Positions 8,140 through 16,800 of a stretch of 34,055 bases of DNA are shown here, piece after piece. The notes beneath the pieces were generated by a model. The model made no database searches. It saw only the letters and a program-made list of their open reading frames with translations, and was not told the DNA's origin. The DNA is from Candidatus Thalassarchaeum sp. (GTDB lineage: Archaea > Thermoplasmatota > Poseidoniia > Poseidoniales > Thalassarchaeaceae): contig JAKUOE010000005.1 of the NCBI GenBank assembly GCA_022449845.1, forward strand, positions 1 to 34,055, in the 5' to 3' direction. A program made the translations under genes and the position numbers. The first letter of the stretch is position 1. Each line of letters begins with the position of its first letter.

Positions 8140-8883
8140 ATGCTGAATATCACTGCCAAGCAAGACACCATGAGAACCATCGTGGAGATTCTCACGGTTC
8201 TCGTAGAAGATGCCAAATTCAAGTTTGAAGAAGGTCATATCGAGGTGCGTGCAGTCGATGCAATGCATGTTGCTATGGTCCGAATGGAAATCGATTCTGC
8301 AGCCTTTGAGGCATGGGAATGTGAACCCTGCACCATTGGGTTTGAATTGGTGAAACTTCGAGATTTGATTGGTTTGGCTGAACCCGGAGACCTCATTGAG
8401 ATGAACTACGATGAGAATGATGGGCGAGTCAACATCCAAGTCGGTGAGATCAATCGAACGATTCGCCCATTGGATCGGGCCACAATGCTTGAACCACGCG
8501 TTCCGGATGTAGAGTTGCACAGTTCTGTCAAACTCTCTGCAGTCAAGTTCAGTCGCGCTCTACGGGCAGCCAAACAGGTGGGTGACCTCGCAACAATCTC
8601 CCTCAACGCACAATCCTTTGGAGTCAACGTCAGTGGAGATACCGATACAGTCAACGTCTCTTACGATGCAGGGGAATTGGAAGATTTGGTCTGTGACGGC
8701 CCAGTCAAGAGCCAATACAGTCTCTCACTCCTCTATCCAATGGCCAAGCGAATGGAAGCAATCGTAGATAGTGTGACCCTGTTCTTCAACGAAAATCACC
8801 CGCTACGGTTGGAATTTGAATTTGCAGACGGAGCCGGACGCTGCGTCTACTTCCTCGCACCAAGAATTGAAGGCGATGCGTGA
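8140..8883 (+). CDS. pcn: DNA polymerase sliding clamp PCNA
   Basis: RAVDAMHVAMV, KSQYSL, PLRLEFEF and YFLAPRIE C-terminus; likely start ATG 8140; follows tfs as in many euryarchaea. Confidence 0.95.
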   Translation: MLNITAKQDTMRTIVEILTVLVEDAKFKFEEGHIEVRAVDAMHVAMVRMEIDSAAFEAWECEPCTIGFELVKLRDLIGLAEPGDLIEMNYDENDGRVNIQVGEINRTIRPLDRATMLEPRVPDVELHSSVKLSAVKFSRALRAAKQVGDLATISLNAQSFGVNVSGDTDTVNVSYDAGELEDLVCDGPVKSQYSLSLLYPMAKRMEAIVDSVTLFFNENHPLRLEFEFADGAGRCVYFLAPRIEGDA

Positions 8884-9994
8884 ACCCGCGCAGACCATGG
8901 CTAGTCCGCGTGTATGTGTCATCATACCGACTTTGCGCAATGCCAAAGAGTTGGAAATGGCTCTCGATGGCCTGACCAATCAAACTTGGGAGGGAGCTCT
9001 AGAGATAGCCATCGTCGGCCCGACTGGGGATCCCGGTGAGGCTGTGGCTAGCGCCAAAGGCGCGACATGGATTGATGATGCAGGAAGTCGAACGAGAGCC
9101 GATGCCTGTAACGTTGCACTCGGAATCGTCGATTGCGATATTGTTCTGTTCACTGATGATGATGTTTGGGTCCCGGAAGATTGGGTGGCGAATCTAGTCC
9201 CATGGTTTGAGCGGGAGGATGTTGCGGGGGTCGGAGGGCCGAATTTCGCACCCTCTGATGAACGGTCGACTTTCTGGCAGCGAGTCATCGATGTGACATT
9301 CTGTTCAAAGTGGGTCACAGCCGGAACAAACTATGGAAATCGTGGTACTGAGAGGTTGACCAAGGCAGAACAATTGCCCGGTGTCAACGCTGCGTATCGA
9401 AAATCTGTACTCGACGAAGTTGGAGGATTCGACAAAGGTGCGATTGGATGTGAGGACGCGATGATGGATTATCGAATCGAGAAAGCAGGGTATCGACTGT
9501 GGCAAGATCGCGACGCAATCATGTGGCATCGACGAAGAGACCCCGGGCGTGTTCGAAAGCAGATTCGCAACTACGGCCTTGTTCGTATTCTGGCCAGCGA
9601 TTTGCATCCAGGTATGAAATCATGGAGTCACACAGCCGTGGGGATGTTCCCGATCTTGATGATAGCTGCATTGGCCTCTTTCTTGTGCGGTGCATTCAAC
9701 GGTGGTTTGGCATGGCCAAATGTATGGGACATCTCACTTGAAACGGTCCCCATGGGCACATCTAGAACGATGGTTCATCTTCCAGTGAGTCTCGCAGGTT
9801 TGTATGTGATTCTGTGTTGGTTGGGAGCCGGGTTCGGCACGTCGCCCTCTCGAAGTATGTCGACGATTCTAATGGCCCCACTGATGACATTCCTGATGCA
9901 TTGGTCGTATGGTATGGGGGGCCTGACCGCTGGGTGGAGACTCTACATCACCAAGAACGCGGGGCTGCAAATTGACGACAAGGACCGGACCTAG
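8876..9994 (+). CDS. GT2-family glycosyltransferase with C-terminal TM helices
   Basis: VCVIIPT, ACN, LFTDDD (DxD), VAGVGG, VGGFD, CED and RKQIRNYG; start 8876 overlaps pcn (8897 is an alternative). Confidence 0.9.
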   Translation: MREPAQTMASPRVCVIIPTLRNAKELEMALDGLTNQTWEGALEIAIVGPTGDPGEAVASAKGATWIDDAGSRTRADACNVALGIVDCDIVLFTDDDVWVPEDWVANLVPWFEREDVAGVGGPNFAPSDERSTFWQRVIDVTFCSKWVTAGTNYGNRGTERLTKAEQLPGVNAAYRKSVLDEVGGFDKGAIGCEDAMMDYRIEKAGYRLWQDRDAIMWHRRRDPGRVRKQIRNYGLVRILASDLHPGMKSWSHTAVGMFPILMIAALASFLCGAFNGGLAWPNVWDISLETVPMGTSRTMVHLPVSLAGLYVILCWLGAGFGTSPSRSMSTILMAPLMTFLMHWSYGMGGLTAGWRLYITKNAGLQIDDKDRT

Positions 9995-10791
9995 AGTCTG
10001 CGCATCTGTTCGTCTTGAATTGAATAGGATGGGGAATTTGGTCGCCAAATCAATGCGGTCATGAGAGAAAAGAAAATTCCACCCACCGCAATGTTCAGCC
10101 AACTCTCCGAAAGGTATCGAGAACTGGCGTTGAAGTATGCCCAAGTGAAACTTGGAATGATGCCAATGAGCATTGCAATCATCGATTCGCGAATGATGAG
10201 TTCATTTCGTGGGGGCGCGACTGGCATGAGTAATTCACCCTCTGGAAGAGGAGAGCGGACCAATCGGAAACCCATCTGTGGTCGAGAGACGCCCCGTGGT
10301 GTTGCGCCGCGTATCGTACCTGTATTGCGCCAGATTCGAGTCACATGGGGTGTATGATCTGAAATTCCACCCCCTCGCATTGGAGCAAGCCAGGGTCGTC
10401 CGTCACACGGCGCACCCCAGTAACCACTTCGAGGTGGGCGGTCGCTCAACACCTCAATCTGAATGTCACCTGGTGCTATGGCACCCTGTGCTGATGCGAG
10501 GGCCCATTCAGCCTCCGAAGGAGGACGAGGATTCCCTTCAACTCCAAGAAGTCCAGCCTCAATCATCAGAGGTGTTAACCGATTCAGAGGATTCTCTGAT
10601 GTGTCGCCCGCTGCTGGCTGTCCCGTCAAGGCAGTCCATTGAGCGAACGTGATGGGAGATGCACTAATCTCGAATTCCTGTTCGATACGAATCTCGTGTC
10701 GGGGACCGTTGGCCGCATGCATAAGAGCGCCACGATTGTCCCCCAGCCATGCTTTGCCGGGATTGATGAGAATCCAATCAATCTCTGTCAC
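9991..10791 (-). CDS. FGE/sulfatase-modifying-factor-like domain protein with two C-terminal TM helices
   Basis: WILINPG, PRHEI, FEISASPITFAQW, RPPSEAEW and MGFRLVR. Start set at GTG 10791, just after the ABC gene stop, with a GGAGGAG SD. Confidence 0.7.
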   Translation of the reverse strand: MTEIDWILINPGKAWLGDNRGALMHAANGPRHEIRIEQEFEISASPITFAQWTALTGQPAAGDTSENPLNRLTPLMIEAGLLGVEGNPRPPSEAEWALASAQGAIAPGDIQIEVLSDRPPRSGYWGAPCDGRPWLAPMRGGGISDHTPHVTRIWRNTGTIRGATPRGVSRPQMGFRLVRSPLPEGELLMPVAPPRNELIIRESMIAMLIGIIPSFTWAYFNASSRYLSESWLNIAVGGIFFSLMTALIWRPNSPSYSIQDEQMRRL

Positions 10792-10795
10792 GGAG

Positions 10796-12664
10796 CTACT
10801 CCTCCTCAAGTGCTCCAGTTTGAATTGCCCATTGGCTGGAATAGACACCATTGTTGGCCACAAGGGTATCGTGTGTACCTCGTTCTACAACGGCGCCATC
10901 GACCATGGAGAGAATCTCGTCAGCATTCCGAATGGTGGACAAACGATGTGCGACAGCAATGGTGGTGCGGGATTCGCCTGTGCCTAGGAGATTGGATTGG
11001 ATCCGGCGCTCTGTCTCAGCATCCAATGCACTGGATGCCTCATCTAAAATCAACAAACTTGGCTTCATCAACATCGCACGAGCCAAGGAGATTCTGGCTC
11101 GCTGACCACCAGAGAGCATGACGCCTCGATCACCAACGAGGGTATCGATTCCTTGTTCCATATCGACAACGAATTCATCTGCACCGGCCAGATGGAGAGC
11201 CATCTCAATCTCATCCTCCGATGCTTCACGAGAATAGACGACATTGTCCCGGATACTGCCATAGAAGAGGAACGGGTCTTGACTGACGAAGCCCATCTGA
11301 TTACGAACGCTGTCCAAAGTAATGTCCTGTATGTTGCGGCCATTGACAAGAACTTCTCCAGAATCTGGCTCGTAATAGCGTAGAATCAATTTGAGAATTG
11401 TCGATTTACCTGCGCCAGTGTGACCCATCACACCGAGGAAACCACCGTGTCCAACCTTGAATGAGATGTCATTCAGTACAGGTGTATCTGTCCCTGGATA
11501 TGTGAACTGGACATGGGAAAACTCGATGCTTTCAATCGGTCCATCCAAAGCGGTTGCACCTTCTTTATCGACAATGCTCGGCTCCAAATCAACCATGGAG
11601 AAGACCCGGCGAGCAGCCGCCTCACCTCGTTGCAATTGATTGACCAGCATTCCAAAGATGAACAATGGCATCGACAGGCGTGTCATAATCAGTAGGAAGG
11701 TCACGAAGGCACCCGTCGAGATGTCACCGTCCTTCATCAGCCAACCACCGACTGAGACAAGCAGGCCATAGCAGATTCCAGCAACTGAATACAGACCGGG
11801 GATGAAGCGATTGCGATCCCGACTCGCGCCGATAGCCTGATCTCGGTAGCCCTCACTCTCATTCGAGACTCGGGTGGTCTCCCATTCCTGTGCATTGTAA
11901 GCCTGAACCACAGCAATGCCAGAGATGACATTCTCGAGAACAGCATTGATGCCACCTGTCGACTCTCGTTGTTTGCGATACTTGCGCTGCACACGGGTCG
12001 AAAAAAGATACACCATTGGGAAGATGACGACGAGCGGACCGAAGAGAACGGCTGTCAGTTTCCATGACATCATCATGAGAATGGCGAAGGCAGTGATGAA
12101 CGTGGTGAAAATTCGAATGATGGATGTGGAGGAGTCCGAGATGACATCTTCCAATTGATTGACATCTGAAGACAACACAGACATGAGAACGCCCGTTTGC
12201 CTCAAGTCGTAGTATGAAGCTTCCATGCGAATGAGATTGCGAGTCGCATCCATTCTTAGATCGTGCTGGACCTTGTAACCCAGTGTTTGCCAACAATACT
12301 CAGACAGACCTTGGAATATGGCGAGGCCGGCGAATCCAAGGAAAATCAGAACGCCATAAGAGAACGATTGATTATCGCTAATATGACCCAATAAGTGCTC
12401 ATCAAGGAAGGTTCGGAATTCACCTAGACGACCCTCGGAGGCGAGGCCGCTGTAGTAATCGACCGCGAAACCAATGAAGATGAATGGAACCAAATCGAAG
12501 ACTCGGGCGAGCATATTGGTTGCAATTCCGACCCCGGCACGACGGCGATAGGGGCGAACGTAAGGTAGAATTCGCCAAATCCTTCGACCTAGAATCTGAG
12601 TGTCATCCTCATCCCCTAGATTCGGCGAATTCCCAATCGAGACGCCATGGTGGCTTTGGGTCAT
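10796..12664 (-). CDS. ABC exporter, fused TMD-NBD (MsbA/MdlB-like)
   Basis: N-terminal TM domain; Walker A GHTGAGKS, Q-loop VSQDPFLF, signature LSGGQ, Walker B LILDEASSALD and AHRLST. Start uncertain (12664 chosen). Confidence 0.95.
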   Translation of the reverse strand: MTQSHHGVSIGNSPNLGDEDDTQILGRRIWRILPYVRPYRRRAGVGIATNMLARVFDLVPFIFIGFAVDYYSGLASEGRLGEFRTFLDEHLLGHISDNQSFSYGVLIFLGFAGLAIFQGLSEYCWQTLGYKVQHDLRMDATRNLIRMEASYYDLRQTGVLMSVLSSDVNQLEDVISDSSTSIIRIFTTFITAFAILMMMSWKLTAVLFGPLVVIFPMVYLFSTRVQRKYRKQRESTGGINAVLENVISGIAVVQAYNAQEWETTRVSNESEGYRDQAIGASRDRNRFIPGLYSVAGICYGLLVSVGGWLMKDGDISTGAFVTFLLIMTRLSMPLFIFGMLVNQLQRGEAAARRVFSMVDLEPSIVDKEGATALDGPIESIEFSHVQFTYPGTDTPVLNDISFKVGHGGFLGVMGHTGAGKSTILKLILRYYEPDSGEVLVNGRNIQDITLDSVRNQMGFVSQDPFLFYGSIRDNVVYSREASEDEIEMALHLAGADEFVVDMEQGIDTLVGDRGVMLSGGQRARISLARAMLMKPSLLILDEASSALDAETERRIQSNLLGTGESRTTIAVAHRLSTIRNADEILSMVDGAVVERGTHDTLVANNGVYSSQWAIQTGALEEE

Positions 12665-12717
12665 CAGGGTGGGCTCATGTCGATGGTTTTTCAATTCGCC
12701 CCTGTCATTTTCAGAAG

Positions 12718-12789
12718 TGCGGACGACGGGATTTGAACCCGTGACATGAGGTTGGAAACCTCAGGTGATAACCCCTTCACTACATCCGC
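12718..12789 (-). tRNA. tRNA-Gly (anticodon TCC), intronless, CCA not encoded
   Basis: GCGGATG/CGTCCGC acceptor stem, GTGA/TCAC D stem, TGAGG-TTTCCAA-CCTCA anticodon arm, ACGGG-TTCAAAT-CCCGT T arm and discriminator A. Confidence 0.95.
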
Positions 12790-12878
12790 GATAAATTGAC
12801 GGGGCGATGCCTCGGTCTTATCCAATTCGGTCTGGCCGCTCCCGCAAATTCAAGGTGTATAGGCTCTGGGCGCACCAC

Positions 12879-13061
12879 ATGCACTGGCGGCGCAAACTCG
12901 GAATCGGCATGTGTTTCATTTTCATGCCTGCCGTCGCTCCCCTCTGGGCTCTCGCCTTCGATGTTGAGGTAGAAACAATGATTCGAGTGTTGACGGTGCT
13001 GTTTGTTCCCAGTTTGATTATCGCACTGGGCGGGAAATCATCTCAACCAGATGACGAATGA
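12879..13061 (+). CDS. Small two-TM membrane protein (60 aa)
   Basis: MHWRRKLGIGMCF...GGKSSQPDDE: basic N-terminus, two hydrophobic stretches and an acidic tail; fills the gap between the tRNA and the PPTase gene. Confidence 0.6.
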   Translation: MHWRRKLGIGMCFIFMPAVAPLWALAFDVEVETMIRVLTVLFVPSLIIALGGKSSQPDDE

Positions 13062-13069
13062 AAATCCAG

Positions 13070-13831
13070 TCATACGATTTCAATCAAACGAGAAAAACCG
13101 AAGGCGAAGGCGCGGCCATCCAACAATTCTCTCCAATAATGTGCTTCAAGGCGATAGCCATGACCATCATGTGACAGCACGATTTCATCACGATTCAAAA
13201 CAGAAAAAGACTGAGGGGCAATGTGCATTCCCAATCCAGATGCCTTCTGAACGGCCTCTTTGACCACCCATGTGCGGGTCGCTTCCTGAATCCCCACTCT
13301 TTGATCGATGTCCCACAATTGTTCAAGATACTGCAATTCTTCTCCAGATGTCATCATCGTCAAGAGATTTCGTGGACGAGGTGCATCCAAGGGTTCGGCA
13401 TCCAAACCAATCATTGAACCATTCAGAGATACTGCGGCAATCGAAATACCGTTGGAATGACCCAAAGTAATCTCGGACAACTTCGGACTCAGTGGACCAC
13501 CAGCACGCTCTCTGGCCTCCTGGTCTCTCCACATCAAAATGGGTTTTCGATGCTCATCCCGCACCACCCGTAGATCGAAAGGGTCGAAGCCGAGGTCCCG
13601 AAGAAGAGTGGCCAATGCATAACGAGCAGAGGCGTGTTCCATGGCTCGCTTAGCTGTGGCAAAAGTCGATGCTTCAAATGGGTCCACGAGCGGTAAATCT
13701 GACAATGTTGGTGCAGAATCCTCAGGATTGGGGTGGCCAACAGGCATCCAAACTGCGATGACGGTGTCGCCGCCACACGATTCAGGAAGGGGGAGAGGAG
13801 AAACAAGGCCTGATGGTCGCCATTTCACCAT
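13070..13831 (-). CDS. 4'-phosphopantetheinyl transferase (Sfp-like)
   Basis: HRKP, ITLGHS, IGLDAE (GxDxE) and WVVKEAVQKASGLG (WxxKEAxxK); GGTGA SD; directly downstream of the megasynthase. Confidence 0.9.
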   Translation of the reverse strand: MVKWRPSGLVSPLPLPESCGGDTVIAVWMPVGHPNPEDSAPTLSDLPLVDPFEASTFATAKRAMEHASARYALATLLRDLGFDPFDLRVVRDEHRKPILMWRDQEARERAGGPLSPKLSEITLGHSNGISIAAVSLNGSMIGLDAEPLDAPRPRNLLTMMTSGEELQYLEQLWDIDQRVGIQEATRTWVVKEAVQKASGLGMHIAPQSFSVLNRDEIVLSHDGHGYRLEAHYWRELLDGRAFAFGFSRLIEIV

Positions 13832-13841
13832 AATAATTCAC

Positions 13842-13867
13842 CAATTGGAAAATCAATTTTTCAATTG
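13842..13867. promoter_or_regulatory. 26-bp AT-rich near-perfect palindrome between the megasynthase and PPTase genes
   Basis: CAATTGGAAAAT-CA-ATTTTTCAATTG: 12-bp arms with one mismatch, abutting the PPTase SD. Confidence 0.5.
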
Positions 13868-13868
13868 A

Positions 13869-16800
13869 TTATTTCTCCTTTCTATTGAGGTTGAATCTCA
13901 ATTCCTCAGGGACCGGAGCCATACCTTTGAGACGGAGGCCTCGAAGTGACACCAGAGGTTTCTGATTTCGATCGAACACCATCGCATCATGAATCGTGAT
14001 TCCGTCGCTCTCCTGTCCACGACGGTAGCTTCGAACTCGCAAATCATCACGTAGAGAGGGAATCTTCAGAATCTCGCATTCCTCAATTCCAATTGGTAGG
14101 CTCGACAGATTGTCCACTTCCATTGCAACCAAACCTGCATTCTGGAAGCAAGCCTCAATGAGAAGTGGTAATGATTCCAGAAGCACAGGTTCTTCCTCAA
14201 ATAATTGTGAATTCGGGAGTTGACTGCGGAGCAGGGCAATTCCATCAGCACCCAAATTATCTCCGTCCGATACACCCTTGATGAGTGCACCATGGACCTG
14301 GAAGCGCGGTCCATGGAAGAAGCGGTCGTAAACGAAACTCGGTTGGAATGAGGCCTTGCCCTTTCCAGGTAGATCCGTGAAAGCCATCGGTGAATCTCTC
14401 TGAGCACCCTCCTTGAGTAAACGAACCATGGCCTGATGATGGACGAGAGGTTCCCCGAATATCTCTCCTTTCGAATTCACAAGATCACTTTCAAGATGGC
14501 ACTGGATGAACAGGGAATTGTGATCTTGTCCACTGAATTGAGCCCGGACACGAACACGGGCTTCCTCTTTCATCAATTTGATTGGAAGACCAAATTGAAC
14601 ATCGGAGAATCCCTCCAAATTGCACATCGGATAAAGCAACAGAGAACTCTGAGCAAACATTTCCATTGCCATCACACCAGGGTGGTAGGGGGTGCCTTCA
14701 ATCGAATGATCAATGAGGAAAGGGAATCTTTCAGAAGAGAGTGTGCACTCTGTGATAATCTCGGAATACGGTTCGTGTGTGATGATTCGATCGACGAAGG
14801 GGAAGCGCTCGGGTTCAGCGAGGGCTCCAGCGGTATCGGTCGGAAATTTCTGAGGCGGAGCGCGCTTGCAATTCTCATCATCTAGGATGCCTAAGGCACC
14901 TGCAACAACCACGCGACGTTTCCCTCCAGAAAGCATCTCTTGTACGAACAAATCGACTCCTGTTTCAACCGGAATCATCTCAATCCCGGCTTGCTCAAAC
15001 ACAGATTCGACCGAACCTCGAGTTGCCATGCCTACATCACTCCAACCCGACCACGCAATTGCAACCGCACGAGGGGCATCTTCGTGATGTGCAATGCGGC
15101 ACATTTCAGCATCGAGAATGTTGTTAGCAGCTGCATAATCGACTTGGCCGCCGTTTCCGAATCTGCCCGCGATTGAGGTGAAGGCACAGAGAACGCGTAA
15201 CTGGTCGATTTCATCGCCTAAAGCGTCCACTAAAGCCCTCCAACCATCAATTTTCACAGATATTACCGATGAGAATGTCTGCCATGATTTGTCTCCAACG
15301 AGTTTGGAATCTTCAAGGCCTGCACCGTGTACAAGTCCAGTGATTGTGCCGCATTCCTTCCCCACCGCTGTGATTACCTTGGAGACGGAGCGAGAATTCG
15401 TGACATCGCAGGCATCGTACAAAGCACGGTTGCCCGTCGCATGAATGTCCCGCATCGTTCGATGAATCTCCAGACTGCGCAGTTGTTTGTTCCACTCACG
15501 ATCCCATTCGACCATGGTGACTTTCCCCGAATCACTCTGAGAAATCATGTCCTCACGAAGTTCCATCTTACGTGCTTGCAAAGTGGATTCATCGTCTTCT
15601 AGCCATTCCTCGATAGAAGAATCAAGACGGGTGCGACCAAGAAGAATGAAGGTTGCACCGACGTTTTGACTCGCCTCTGCAACGCCAACGATACACCGTG
15701 CTGTGACACCTGAACCCCCTCCAGATATGACCCATACATCATCATTCTGAAGGGATTGAATTTCGTCGGTAAGATCTTCCTCATACAAACATAGAGTCCA
15801 GCGATTTCCGTCTCGTGACAAACCTACTTCTAGAGGTGAATTTCGGCCAAACGCCTCAGCCCATATCTGATGAGCGAGGGCGGTGGGGTCCGACAGGAGT
15901 TCGGGATCCACGTCGATGGCGCGGCAACGCAAATGTGGCTGTTCCTTGGCATATGACTTGACGATACCATGGGAACCGGCCGCGAGGGCGTTGAAACGGC
16001 TACCAGCATTGCCATGGCGACCATCCATTGCGCTGACAGACATGATTGTGCCGTCGGCAATTGAACTGAAGTGGGAATCCAGGGATTTCAGTAATCCAAA
16101 CAAACCATGTGTCGTCGATGTGAGGTGAGCCTGCTGTGTCTCACTTTCCCAACCCACACCTGCAAGACGGAGAGGGGCGAGGTGGAGAAGTGCGGCAACA
16201 TCACCAATTCTTGCGAGATGAGAACTGACTTCAGCCAATTGATCATGATTGCCGGGGTCGACACGAATGATGTCGACGGGACCGTCCTTCTCAATCTTGA
16301 TTTTGGAGACAATACTGGGGTCTAGCATGATTCGGACGGTGTCGATACCAGCAGCTTCCAGAATATGACACAATGTGTCTGCAACACCCCACGGGTCGTC
16401 GGTTACTGCGATAACCCTGCCATCGATATCAAGTGGAGTATTGGCTTCAGGAGGAATCGCCTCCGCCTCAACCTGCCACCGTCGGACGCCAAGAGATTCT
16501 GGTTGGATGGAAGGAGTTGGTGGATCAGGTTCAGAGATGATTGGTGGGGCTTCTATGGATTCAGGAGGGTCAGAATGTGATTCATCCTGACCCAAATATG
16601 CAATCATATGATTGAGAGTCGGGTGCTCACTCAAAACGAAAGATTCGTCCACCGGTAATCCGTAGAAATCACGGAGTTCAGCCATAATTTCGGCCTGCTT
16701 CACTGTGTCAATTCCGAGTTCACCCTCAAGATCCTGATCCAATTCGATGAAATCTTCAGGGTATCCAGTGTGTTTGACCACAACCTCGACCACTTTCGCA

